Shown here piece by piece: positions 20,843 through 30,500 of a stretch of DNA of 64,000 nt. The notes below the pieces were generated by a model that saw only the letters and a list, made by a program, of their open reading frames with translations, had not been told where the DNA came from and searched no databases. How positions within the stretch are numbered: position 1 is the first letter of the stretch; every line of letters starts with the position of its first letter. This DNA is from an uncultured candidate division Zixibacteria bacterium (lineage in GTDB: Bacteria; Zixibacteria; MSB-5A5; UBA10806), in assembly GCA_963801605.1 (NCBI GenBank), contig CAWDFP010000006.1, positions 1,696,001 to 1,760,000 of the forward strand. The letters run 5' to 3'. Position numbers and translations under genes: made by a program.

Positions 20843-21552
20843 ACGATAGAAAGCAGATGTCATTATTATCGGTTTATCATAAAGAATCGGCGATCGGCAC
20901 CGAGTTTCGTCGCTTGTATTCCAATATCAGAAGTAAAAGTCAGGGTCGGAAAATTCAAAACCTGATGATTACATCCGCTACGGTGGGGGAGGGCAAATCG
21001 CTGACCAGCAGTTTGCTTGCCATAACCATAGCCGAGCTTACCAAGCTCAAAGTGGCGTTAGTTGATTTTGATTTGAGACGCCCCAAGATTTCAAGTTATT
21101 TCGGTCTGGAGAACGACGGTGGAGTAGCTGACGTTTTAACCGGCAAAGCGTCGTTAAAAGCGGTCTCACAAAAGACTACTGCCCCGAATTTGACTGTTAT
21201 TCCCGCCGGGCATCTGGATAAGCTTCCCACCGACGTACTTGAACATGAGCATGTCGCCAATTTCTTTCAAGAATTGAAATTCTATTTCGATCAGGTTATA
21301 GTTGATACCCCTCCTATTATTCCCGTTTCAGATCCCATGCTCCTGGCCGAGCATGTCGATAGCGTCATTCTCGTGATAAGGGGAGGCTCCACCCAAAGAG
21401 ATGTCGTCAGCAGGGCGTCCAATCTTCTGATCAACGCCAATATTGATATCCTTGGAGTGGTTCTTAATGATTTCGAGGAAGTCCTACCGTATTATTACAA
21501 GGAAAAATATTACGGGTATCATTATTATCACAAAGATTTAAAGATTGAATGA
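20839..21552 (+). CDS. BY-kinase (CpsD/CapB-type tyrosine autokinase)
   Basis: Walker A GEGKS, A' DFDLRRP, B DTPP and C-terminal Tyr cluster YYYKEKYYGYHYY. Confidence 0.93.
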   Translation: MNDRKQMSLLSVYHKESAIGTEFRRLYSNIRSKSQGRKIQNLMITSATVGEGKSLTSSLLAITIAELTKLKVALVDFDLRRPKISSYFGLENDGGVADVLTGKASLKAVSQKTTAPNLTVIPAGHLDKLPTDVLEHEHVANFFQELKFYFDQVIVDTPPIIPVSDPMLLAEHVDSVILVIRGGSTQRDVVSRASNLLINANIDILGVVLNDFEEVLPYYYKEKYYGYHYYHKDLKIE

Positions 21553-21779
21553 CACATCTCAATAAATGCTGCAATGCATTATTTCTGCATTTATTTGCAT
21601 AATCGACTGATTTTGTTTATTCCAATTTAGGGATAATTCCTATTAATTTTCCGCGAGCACGAAACCCGGCCTTATTTCTGGTTTTGTAAGTTATTATATT
21701 TTATGAACTTACAATACCTATGATGCGCTTGTCTCTTAAATAATTTTTTAACGCAAACTTAATCCTCGTGGCTTGTTCG

Positions 21780-21795
21780 TGGCAGCAAATTTGCA
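21780..21795 (+). promoter_or_regulatory. Putative sigma54 (-24/-12) promoter
   Basis: TGGCAGCAAATTTGCA matches TGGCACGNNNNTTGCW spacing and lies 58 nt upstream of the sugar transferase. An AT-rich IHF-like tract is at ~21685-21712. Confidence 0.6.
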
Positions 21796-21853
21796 TTAAG
21801 AGGGAGCAAAAGGGGAAATCTTAAATTAGATAATTTTTATCGGAGATAGATTA

Positions 21854-22753
21854 ATGAGATACCAATATCCTGTGCCAAATCCTCTCGGACATTACTGGGA
21901 TGAAGAATCCGTCAGAGTATGGGGCATTAAACTCGGGATTTCTAAAAAAGCCGGATATTACCTGAGCTACTTTCTGGGCGAAATAGTTTTAGCCAATTTC
22001 TTTATGTTATATGCGCTTATCCTAAATCAGGCCTTGCTTCTTGGTTCAAAGAGGGCAGTAGCCAGAGTTTCTCACCGCATTGATATTGGCTCGATTGCTA
22101 AAAGATCGATTGATATCGTTGGAGCCATAGTTGGTTTGATTTTAACCTTGCCACTTTGGTGCTTAATCGCCGTCGCGATAAAGCTTGAATCCAAGGGGCC
22201 AATCTTCTACAAACAAGAACGGGTTGGCCAGAATAGACGCCGTGGTGATCGGCGTGCTGTAATATTGACAGGCCAGGAAAGACGTATTCAGGCGGATCGT
22301 CGTAAAACGCCCGGCCATGGAATGACTTTCATGATTGTGAAGTTCCGCAGTATGCGGCAAGATGCTGAATCCTATAGCGGCCCTGTTTGGGCGCAGAAGA
22401 AGGATCCTCGTATAACCCGCGTTGGACATTTCCTGAGAATCACCAGGTTGGATGAACTTCCGCAGTTTATCAACGTTCTTATCGGAAATATGAGCCTGGT
22501 TGGCCCTCGCCCTGAAAGACCGTTTTTCGTCAACGATCTTCAAACTAAAATTAAAGATTACACTGCTCGTTTTGATGTTAAGCCCGGCATTACTGGTCTG
22601 GCTCAAGTCGAACACAAGTATGACGAAAGTATTGAAGATGTTTCCAAGAAGATTTCTTATGATCTTCGATATATCCACAACTGGACCGTTTTTCAGGACG
22701 TTAAGATCATCATGAGAACCGTGATCGTGGTTTTAACAGCTCGCGGTATGTAG
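21854..22753 (+). CDS. Priming (polyprenyl-phosphate) sugar transferase, Bac_transf family
   Basis: [53 protein letters not shown] and [10 protein letters not shown]. Confidence 0.93.
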   Translation: MRYQYPVPNPLGHYWDEESVRVWGIKLGISKKAGYYLSYFLGEIVLANFFMLYALILNQALLLGSKRAVARVSHRIDIGSIAKRSIDIVGAIVGLILTLPLWCLIAVAIKLESKGPIFYKQERVGQNRRRGDRRAVILTGQERRIQADRRKTPGHGMTFMIVKFRSMRQDAESYSGPVWAQKKDPRITRVGHFLRITRLDELPQFINVLIGNMSLVGPRPERPFFVNDLQTKIKDYTARFDVKPGITGLAQVEHKYDESIEDVSKKISYDLRYIHNWTVFQDVKIIMRTVIVVLTARGM

Positions 22754-22771
22754 GATTCTAAAATTTCTTTA

Positions 22772-22802
22772 AGAAAGGGGGATTGTATCCCCCTTTTTTA
22801 TT
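22772..22802 (+). terminator. Intrinsic terminator
   Basis: AAAGGGGGAT-tgt-ATCCCCCTTT hairpin followed by a T tract. Confidence 0.85.
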
Positions 22803-23060
22803 GGCATAAATAGCTTGCAAAATGTCTCTGTTTAATTTATGTTCATGACCGAGGGATATGGATGCAGGTGCAAGACTATCTTGTAACCAGACTTAGAGCG
22901 GGAAACCGGAATTTTCTAAGCGAAAAGATCCCTTATTAATTGTTTTTTATCAGCCATTGGAGAGCAGTAATCGTTGATGCTTTAGAAAGGGCGATTCGAT
23001 CCGATTATAATAGAAGCTCTATAAATCTGCAGTTATTGAAATATAGGGAGGGGAACTTAG

Positions 23061-23780
23061 ATGAATAGAACGACCTTTTATGCAATACTAATCTGTGTTG
23101 CATTGACGTCAGCAGTTTTGGCACAGCAAACCGCTGCTCCGAAATCCGATAATGTTGTTTTGACAACCAATCCTCCCGGAGCCACGGCTTATTTTAGCGG
23201 CTCATACAACCTGGTGGTAAATACTCCGGCCATTCTACCCTCCAATCTTTCAGGTACCTATAAGATCAGAATCACTCGTCCCGGATATGAATCCTGGAAA
23301 GGTGAACTCGCTCTTCTACCCGGCAGCGCCAACAATATCAATGTTGATCTCATTCAGAAAACGCGGATAAAGGCCGGCTTACGTTCGCTCTTTATCCCTG
23401 GTTGGGGGCAATACTATGGGGGCAGCTCAATTAGAGGCGCTGTATTCACTCTTAGCGTAATTGGCGCCGGCGCAGTTCTATATGATTCTGATAAGAAATA
23501 CAGGGATAAGCGCAATGCCTATGATATTGCCCATCAGAATTACGATAACGCAACTTCCATCACTCAAATGGAACTGCTAAGGCCCATACTTGAATCCGCC
23601 CGACAAACCGCCAGCAAATCCGAAACTGATCGGCGCCGCATATTTTATCTGGGTGTCGGAATATGGGTTTATAATATTCTGGATTCAATGGTATTCTTCC
23701 CTGAAGGATCAGCCTATTACCCCGCAATTTCCACGACCGATAATGGGGGCACTCAGGTATCAATGGTAGTCAAATTTTAG
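23061..23780 (+). CDS. Secreted/membrane protein with PEGA-like and DUF5683-like regions
   Basis: Signal peptide, 'TNPPGA..Y', 'G.YKIRITRPGYESW', 'RSLFIPGWGQYY' and 'WVYNILDS'. Confidence 0.7.
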   Translation: MNRTTFYAILICVALTSAVLAQQTAAPKSDNVVLTTNPPGATAYFSGSYNLVVNTPAILPSNLSGTYKIRITRPGYESWKGELALLPGSANNINVDLIQKTRIKAGLRSLFIPGWGQYYGGSSIRGAVFTLSVIGAGAVLYDSDKKYRDKRNAYDIAHQNYDNATSITQMELLRPILESARQTASKSETDRRRIFYLGVGIWVYNILDSMVFFPEGSAYYPAISTTDNGGTQVSMVVKF

Positions 23781-23790
23781 GAGGGGATAA

Positions 23791-25944
23791 ATGAACGCTA
23801 TCGTTAGATTAACCGCGATACTGGGGGCGATCTTAATCGTTGCTTTTTCATGTTCGCGGCAAATACCGAACACGATATCACCACCGATAAACGAACCGGT
23901 CCCGGCAACCCCCTCCAATCTTACGGTCACGGTAGGTGATCGTCTGGCCCTGCTGACCTGGTCTGTTGATGATACCACCGGTATTAAATTTTACCGGGTA
24001 TACAGGTCTGATTCCACCAACACTAATTTCCAGGCCCTGGCCGAAGTTACTCAGACATCTTATACGGCTGCAAATTTAAGTAATGGGCAATCTTATTATT
24101 TTAGGATTGCGGCGGTAAACTGGGCTGAATTTGAGGGCTATCCCAGCCCACAGGTATTGGCAATCCCCAATTTGTTCGGCCTTTTCGTAAATGATGGTCA
24201 ACAATATACGAATCTCCGGGATGTGACTCTTTCCATGATGGCTCCGGTGGGAACCTCATATATGCAGGTTTCGAATGATTCCAACTTTATAGGCAGTGCC
24301 TGGGAAAATTTTGTGGTCACCAGGCCCTGGATTTTGTCATCTGGAGATAATCTTAAAAACGTTTATGTCAAATATCGACTTCAAAGCGATGATATAGGGA
24401 CGGTACCTTATTCCGCTAATATCACTCTGGATACTCGTGCCGTGATCGACTCGGTTGTATTCTCTCCTATCGGCTCTCCGCTGGTCGCGGGGGATCATGT
24501 TCACTTCAAACTTTTCGCCGGTGAAGCTGACGGTAACGCTGGAGTCGCAGTCGGACAGAACTTCATTAATCAAGTATTATATGATGACGGCAGCAGGGGA
24601 GATGCGGTTGCCGGAGACGGCATTTATGAGGCCGATTATACGGTCGCCAGCAATCTGGACTTTAATGATGCCAGCGTAACGGGGAATTTTACCGATCGCG
24701 CCAATAACACTTCCGGGCAGGTTCAGGCCAGAGGATTTATTTCGGTTCAACGCGCTCCGGATCCCATTTCCATTATTAGCATTATCGCTCCGAACGGCTT
24801 TTTCGACCGCCTTGAAATTGAATGGAATAGATCTCAGATTTCAGATTTTGCGCAATATCGTATTTATAGGGGCCTGACTGCTGGAGTGGATTCCAGTGAT
24901 TATTTGGCCGGCGTAATTAGTTCCGCCCAAACTACGACCCTTATCGATACCGGCCTGACCGCAAATACCATTTATTATTACAGGGTATTTGTGATTGATA
25001 ATTCAAGTCTGTGGGCTCGCTCAAATGAGGTTCAGTCCCGAACTAATCAAAATTCCCCGCCTGTGCCTGTAGTGCTTTATTCTCCGGTAACTCCTCCCGG
25101 ATCGCATAATCGATTGAGTCTTTCCTGGTCTGCCAGCAACGATCAGGATTTCCTGCGCTATGAGCTTTATCGATCCTATAATAATCAAGTCAATACCTCC
25201 GATGTCCTGATACTTGTATCATCAAGCCAAACCGCCGTAGAGGATACCGGCCTGGCCGCCGATTCCATTTATTATTATGGTGTCCTTACCATCGATCAAA
25301 CGGGCAATTCCGCCTGGTCTAATACTGTCAACGGACGGACTGGCATTGATACACCTCCTGAGGCTGCCACTCTTTATCCGGTCGAGGTGGCTCCCGATAA
25401 TTATCAGGATATCAGATTGCATTGGTCGCAGCCTTATACGCCCGATTTCGAGGCTTATCGCCTTTATTCCTGGCGGCCCGATGCCGGCAGGGCCGACAGT
25501 ACTCTCCTCGCCGTGATCACTAATCAGGATTCCACTGCGTTTTTGGATCATCCTGTTTTTAACGCCGGGTATGATACGCTCAATTATTTTTATATCATCT
25601 ATACCGTCGATCAAGGCGGTAACAGAGCGCTATCCAATATTCTCAGAGTTCATCTCGTTGACACTATTCCCGGGCTGGTCACGGGTGTGGTTATTGCCCA
25701 AACAGCATCGATAGCGATCTCCTGGATAACCAGCGATATCCCCGATTTTTCCAATTACCTTTTAACAAGAGATACTCTATCGATTCCGACTCAGGGAGCG
25801 CCGGTTTTCTCGTCGGTGGATCAAACCGCATCCAGTTTCGACGATTCCAATGTGGTCAGAGGGCATACCTACTATTATTGGCTTACCATCAGCGACAGGC
25901 GCGGTCATAGCTCGAGATCGTTTATGGGCAGTGCCGTATGGTAA
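23791..25944 (+). CDS. Fibronectin type III repeat lipoprotein
   Basis: Lipobox AFSC, repeated 'W......DF..Y..YR ... D.GL.....YYY.V...D..GN...SN' FN3 units and a 'YDDG..GD.VAGDGIY' motif. Confidence 0.85.
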   Translation: MNAIVRLTAILGAILIVAFSCSRQIPNTISPPINEPVPATPSNLTVTVGDRLALLTWSVDDTTGIKFYRVYRSDSTNTNFQALAEVTQTSYTAANLSNGQSYYFRIAAVNWAEFEGYPSPQVLAIPNLFGLFVNDGQQYTNLRDVTLSMMAPVGTSYMQVSNDSNFIGSAWENFVVTRPWILSSGDNLKNVYVKYRLQSDDIGTVPYSANITLDTRAVIDSVVFSPIGSPLVAGDHVHFKLFAGEADGNAGVAVGQNFINQVLYDDGSRGDAVAGDGIYEADYTVASNLDFNDASVTGNFTDRANNTSGQVQARGFISVQRAPDPISIISIIAPNGFFDRLEIEWNRSQISDFAQYRIYRGLTAGVDSSDYLAGVISSAQTTTLIDTGLTANTIYYYRVFVIDNSSLWARSNEVQSRTNQNSPPVPVVLYSPVTPPGSHNRLSLSWSASNDQDFLRYELYRSYNNQVNTSDVLILVSSSQTAVEDTGLAADSIYYYGVLTIDQTGNSAWSNTVNGRTGIDTPPEAATLYPVEVAPDNYQDIRLHWSQPYTPDFEAYRLYSWRPDAGRADSTLLAVITNQDSTAFLDHPVFNAGYDTLNYFYIIYTVDQGGNRALSNILRVHLVDTIPGLVTGVVIAQTASIAISWITSDIPDFSNYLLTRDTLSIPTQGAPVFSSVDQTASSFDDSNVVRGHTYYYWLTISDRRGHSSRSFMGSAVW

Positions 25945-26793
25945 AACCTCGGTTATCGTTTCTCGATAAACTGAATTTATTCGTTAATGCTTATGGGCAG
26001 TTATCTTTAGGTATTTTAAAATTTTCCTGGTGGTCGCCATTTTTCGTATACGCCATTTTTCAAACATTGGGATTCATGGCGCTGCTCTGGTACTATGCTC
26101 CGATGCTGTCGTCCCTGGTTTATCCGCTTATTTCGTTATTTCTACCTGCCAATGCTTTTCACTATCCTCAATATTACCTGGCCTTACCATCGCTTTACGC
26201 TACGTTTGAAAGTCTCATACTCGGTATCACCGCCTGGGTTATCCTGACTGCGGCGGCTGTTTATAGATTGAATGGTGTATATGGCGGCAAGATTCCAAAA
26301 TTTGGTGATGGCGTCAGACTGGCTTTGCGTTCGTACCTGCCGCTGATGCTGGTCTGGCTGTTGGAGACTGCTCTTGTCATCATTATTCTTTATGTACCCA
26401 GTTCGCTTCTAAAAGATTTTACCGCCGGTTCACCCAACCGAACCGCGGCCGTCGACGTTTTTTTCGAAATGATCGGATTGGTGGTAACATCGATGCTGAT
26501 CTACTCCGTTCCTGGAATTATTCTCGATGGCAAAAAGGTTGGCCGCGCTATTCGGGATAGCATCGGGCTCTTCATAAATAATATGTTTCTGACTTATTTT
26601 ATCGTCGTTTATTCCGAGCATCATTCGCATTCTGTTGAATTTACTTCTCACCAGTTATGCTCCCAAAATTATTAGCCTTCTAAACCCGGATTTAATCCCC
26701 GCAACCATGTTTATCTATATTATTGTGGGAATTTTTATTAATCTCTTTGTTTATGGCGCCGCGGTATTTGTCTATAAGAGATTGGCGGGTTGA
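25938..26793 (+). CDS. Polytopic membrane protein, hypothetical (one +1 indel at ~26608)
   Basis: Hydrophobic helices. Removing one T from 'gtttatt' continues the frame IPSIIRILLNLL...YKRLAG to TGA 26793. Confidence 0.65.
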
Positions 26794-26847
26794 TTTGCTT
26801 TACCCCCGGTGGCTTTATATTTCCAGCATGCTTCCGAAAAGAGTAAT

Positions 26848-28596
26848 ATGAAACGAATAATAGCCTCTTTAGCGCTTTTCGCTGCCGCCTTGATATTCTA
26901 TTATCATCAGGCCTGCCCCACATTCTATTTCTGGGATTCAGCCGAACTTACCACGGCTGTCATAACCGGAGGCGTTCCTCATCCGCCCGGCTTCCCATTT
27001 TTCCTTATCTTATCAAGACTTTGGCTCAATATCGTGCCGCTCACGGCAGGATTCAGCCTTAATATCTTCGCTGCTTTCTTTGGGGCGTTGGGTTTGGTTC
27101 TATGGTTTAACGTTATCATCGGATTTGTCCGTCCTATGCACCTTTCCAGAAGCGATATCATAGTAACATTGGTAACGCTTTTGGCTGTGGCTATCATGGG
27201 AGTTTCGCTGACATACTCCATACAGGCTACTCGTTTCGAGGTTTACTCCTTGAATTTTGCCGGATTTGCCGCCCTGGTATTGGTCTGTCAAAAAATTATT
27301 TCTCGGGAACGGCCTTCGATACTCTGGAGCTTCATCCTCTTTGTGTTGTTGGGTTTGTTTCTGGCAGTGCATAATCTGACTATAGCTCTGGCAATTCCCG
27401 GAATTATTCTCTTCATGCTCTGGGGTAAAAAGATTACCCCTGGCAACGCTATCCTGGGCGTAATAGCCTCATTTATTTTCTCGGGGCTATTCTATGTCAC
27501 TCTGGTATTTCGAGCTGAACATAATCCGCTAATCAATTGGGGCGATCCATCAAATCTCGGCAATCTCGTGGATTATATTTTGATAAAAGGTTTTACTACA
27601 ACCACATCGCGTTTGGCTCCTTCGCACTTCGCGGATCAACTCGGATTTGCGTATGATGTTCTCTACAAGCAATTAGGTCCGGCCGCCTTAGCGCTTTCAG
27701 CCTTTGGTCTCGGTTATGTTGTCGTTCGTAAAAGGGAAATAGGTATTCCTCTGGTTGTACTCTTCGGATTCAATATCCTTTCGGTTGCCTTTGCCGAAAA
27801 TTACTTTTATGAGAATTATGATCTTCACGGCTATCTCATGATAGCGCTGGCCGTATTAACTGTGGGTTTGGCCGTAGCCCTGGCAATTATTTATGATCTT
27901 GTCATGTCTCGACTGCGTGGCAGGAGGGCGGGAATTGCCCGTTATCTGGCGGTGGGAGTATTTTTCATTTTCGCCATGCTTGTTACGGCGCCGCCGGTCA
28001 GAGATAATTATCGCGCCGCCGATCTTTCCCATGTTACGGGCGCCGCTGATTTCGCCGGCCGCTTTCTGGCCGATTCGCCCGACAGCGCCGTGGTTGTGAC
28101 CTCATCATATAATACCTATTTTTGCGCTTTAGCTTATCAAGCTACGCATCCGGGTAAATCCGAGCAGATTGTAAATATATATAATTGGGATCATCAGTGG
28201 GGACGTGATGAAACCGATAAGCAGCTTGATTTATCTTCGCAATCGATTCTGACGCGCGAAAGCTATTACGCCAATCTCATAACCCAGAATTTTAAAAAGC
28301 GTCCCGTTTATATCGAGTATGACCAGGCCAGCGCCCCGATCACCCGTTATTTGATTCCTCGCGGTATGGGATATCTGTTTGTAGTCCCTGACTCGTCGGT
28401 GAGCGTTCCTCAGGTGGTATCCGATAGTGCCTATTTATCGATGGCTTCAGCGTCAAACGATCTTGAAACGATCCGAACCTGGGTTCTCTGGATTCAGAAT
28501 AGGGGAGAATATTATAAGGCCCGGGGTAACCAGGAGGCCGCCGTGCGTTTTAGCAGCCTTATCGATACTCTGGCGTCAAAGGCCAATCTTCAATAA
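26848..28596 (+). CDS. DUF2723 / TMEM260-like GT-C fold membrane glycosyltransferase
   Basis: 'PT...WDSAEL......GVPHPPGFP.F', 'AT..EVYSL', 'NWGDP' and ~11 TM helices. Confidence 0.8.
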   Translation: MKRIIASLALFAAALIFYYHQACPTFYFWDSAELTTAVITGGVPHPPGFPFFLILSRLWLNIVPLTAGFSLNIFAAFFGALGLVLWFNVIIGFVRPMHLSRSDIIVTLVTLLAVAIMGVSLTYSIQATRFEVYSLNFAGFAALVLVCQKIISRERPSILWSFILFVLLGLFLAVHNLTIALAIPGIILFMLWGKKITPGNAILGVIASFIFSGLFYVTLVFRAEHNPLINWGDPSNLGNLVDYILIKGFTTTTSRLAPSHFADQLGFAYDVLYKQLGPAALALSAFGLGYVVVRKREIGIPLVVLFGFNILSVAFAENYFYENYDLHGYLMIALAVLTVGLAVALAIIYDLVMSRLRGRRAGIARYLAVGVFFIFAMLVTAPPVRDNYRAADLSHVTGAADFAGRFLADSPDSAVVVTSSYNTYFCALAYQATHPGKSEQIVNIYNWDHQWGRDETDKQLDLSSQSILTRESYYANLITQNFKKRPVYIEYDQASAPITRYLIPRGMGYLFVVPDSSVSVPQVVSDSAYLSMASASNDLETIRTWVLWIQNRGEYYKARGNQEAAVRFSSLIDTLASKANLQ

Positions 28597-28859
28597 TATG
28601 TAAGATTATTCCGTTATAAAGCTGAGATCATTTTTAGACCTCCAAAATCTGACGCGGCAACATCCCTATAGTTTCAATTTGAACCAATTCTAAACCTGGC
28701 TCTTTTTGGCGTTTTGCAAAGCGCAATAGTCCAAATCGGTGATTAGCCTCATTATTTAGAATACGGATTTTTATTATTTTAGTTCGGCGACTTCCGTAAC
28801 CCGATAATACATAAGACGATATAGAACAATAATAATCGTGACACCCAAAAAACAGAGAT

Positions 28860-28875
28860 GGGCACAATCTTTGCC
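28860..28875 (+). promoter_or_regulatory. Putative sigma54 promoter of the pilin array
   Basis: GGGCACAATCTTTGCC has GG and GC at exact -24/-12 spacing, 139 nt upstream of pilin 1. Confidence 0.6.
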
Positions 28876-29014
28876 TGATGTGATTGCGGCTGTTTGAAAA
28901 CAAAAAAAGGGATCGAGCCTGAATTAAGGCGACTGGCTCACTAAAGTCATTTTGACAATGTTCGATAAAATATATGACGAAACGTTAAACCCCAATTTCC
29001 AAGTGAGGTAAGAA

Positions 29015-29428
29015 ATGAGAACGGGAAACAAAAAAGGCTTCACACTGATTGAGCTTATGATCGTGGTGGTCATTATCGGCATCCTGGCCGCTCTGGCAAT
29101 TCCGCGTTTCATGCGCTCAACCACTAAAGCCAAACAATCGGAAGCCAAGCAGCTTCTAAAGCAGATCTACACCATGCAGCACGCCTACAGGCAGGAATTC
29201 AACGCTTACTGCCTTAACGGTGTCACCGCTGCTGCCAGTAGCGCCAACTTTGCCAGAATCGGCGTTGATGTAGGCGCCTCCGCACGTTACAGCTATGCCA
29301 TGGTCTCCGCCGCTAACACCTTCACCTGCACGGCTACGGCCAACCTTGACGATGATGCCACTGTTGATACCTGGACCATCAACCAGGATGGCACATTAGC
29401 TTGCACAATCGACGATTCAGTAACTTGA
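29015..29428 (+). CDS. pilA: Type IVa pilin, copy 1
   Basis: Basic leader, G|FTLIELMIVVVIIGILAALAIP and KAKQSEAK. RBS GAGG. Confidence 0.92.
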   Translation: MRTGNKKGFTLIELMIVVVIIGILAALAIPRFMRSTTKAKQSEAKQLLKQIYTMQHAYRQEFNAYCLNGVTAAASSANFARIGVDVGASARYSYAMVSAANTFTCTATANLDDDATVDTWTINQDGTLACTIDDSVT

Positions 29429-29442
29429 TGAAACGATATGAT

Positions 29443-29470
29443 AGGGGGGATGGGTTACCATCCCCCCTTA
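29443..29470 (+). terminator. Hairpin/terminator between pilin 1 and pilin 2
   Basis: AGGGGGGATGG-gtta-CCATCCCCCCT perfect stem. Confidence 0.7.
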
Positions 29471-29514
29471 TCATTTTGAACTTGAAAACGATGATCTACT
29501 TTAGGGAGAACAAA

Positions 29515-29931
29515 GTGCAAAAGGATAGGAAAAATTCTGGTTTCACACTGATTGAGCTTATGATCGTGGTAGTCATTATCGGCATCCTGGCCGCTCTGGC
29601 AATTCCGCGTTTCATGCGCTCAACCACTAAAGCCAAACAATCGGAAGCCAAGCAGCTTCTAAAGCAGATCTACACCATGCAGCACGCCTACAGACAGGAA
29701 TTCAACGCTTACTGCCTTAACGGTGTCACCGCTGCTGCCAGTAGCGCCAACTTTGCCAGAATCGGCGTTGATGTAGGCGCCTCCGCACGCTACAGCTATG
29801 CCATGGTCTCCGCCGCCAACACCTTCACCTGCACGGCTACGGCCAACCTTGACGATGATGCCACTGTTGATACCTGGACCATCAACCAGGCGGGCACTCT
29901 GGCTTGTACTATCGATGATTCTGTCACTTAA
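29515..29931 (+). CDS. pilA: Type IVa pilin, copy 2 (mature protein differs from copy 1 by one residue)
   Basis: GTG start after GGGAG and the same G|FTLIE motif. 29542-29890 matches 29039-29387 with four synonymous differences by manual comparison. Confidence 0.92.
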   Translation: MQKDRKNSGFTLIELMIVVVIIGILAALAIPRFMRSTTKAKQSEAKQLLKQIYTMQHAYRQEFNAYCLNGVTAAASSANFARIGVDVGASARYSYAMVSAANTFTCTATANLDDDATVDTWTINQAGTLACTIDDSVT

Positions 29932-29946
29932 AATTAAATAAAGTTT

Positions 29947-29975
29947 AGGGGGATGTTCATGCTCCCCCTTTTTAT
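29947..29975 (+). terminator. Intrinsic terminator after pilin 2
   Basis: AGGGGG-atgttcatgct-CCCCCT followed by TTTTTATTT. Confidence 0.7.
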
Positions 29976-30003
29976 TTACAATCGCACCGGGATCGAGGAC
30001 ACC

Positions 30004-30429
30004 ATGAATACGGATAAAAAAAAGAAATCTAAGGGCTTCACGCTTATAGAACTAATGATCGTCGTGGTCATCATCGGTATTCTCGCCGCTATGGCGCTCC
30101 CTCGATTCATGAAAGTAGCCACTAAATCCAAGCAATCTGAGGCTAAGGGGCTTCTCAAGCAAATCTACACCATGCAGGCGGCCTATTATGCCGAGCATGA
30201 AACCTATTGTCTTAACGGCGGCCAGGCCTCTCCCACACTTCTGGATGGCTTTGCCTCCATAGGCGTCTCAATTACACCGCCTGCCAGATATACCTATGAT
30301 ATGGTATCCGATGCTAATACATTTACCTGCACCGCCACCGCCAATCTTGATCCCGATGCCACTGTTGATACCTGGACAATTACCCAGGACGGAACCCTGG
30401 TAAATTCTATTGATGATTCCGACGATTAA
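30004..30429 (+). CDS. Type IVa pilin, diverged copy 3
   Basis: MNTDKKKKSKG|FTLIELMIVVVIIG, KSKQSEAK and the same C-terminal layout (NTFTCTATANLD.DATVDTWTI). Confidence 0.9.
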   Translation: MNTDKKKKSKGFTLIELMIVVVIIGILAAMALPRFMKVATKSKQSEAKGLLKQIYTMQAAYYAEHETYCLNGGQASPTLLDGFASIGVSITPPARYTYDMVSDANTFTCTATANLDPDATVDTWTITQDGTLVNSIDDSDD

Positions 30430-30500
30430 ATTATATTTGCCTCTAACTCGCTATTCTTTTCTAATTTACATATTAACAATCAAAAGCTATATTTAAGTCT

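Noticed and set aside
22802..22819. Sigma54-like TGGCAT...TTGCA upstream of the PEGA gene
   Set aside because: The spacing is 2 nt too long for a -24/-12 promoter.
22820..23060. Possible riboswitch (for example c-di-GMP) in the 300-nt intergenic region
   Set aside because: I could not identify the conserved aptamer motifs or a convincing fold by eye. An Rfam scan would settle it.
29401..29514. Long N-terminal extension on pilin 2 (and 29953-30003 on pilin 3)
   Set aside because: The extensions run through terminator hairpins. RBS-preceded starts at 29515 and 30004 give normal short prepilin leaders.
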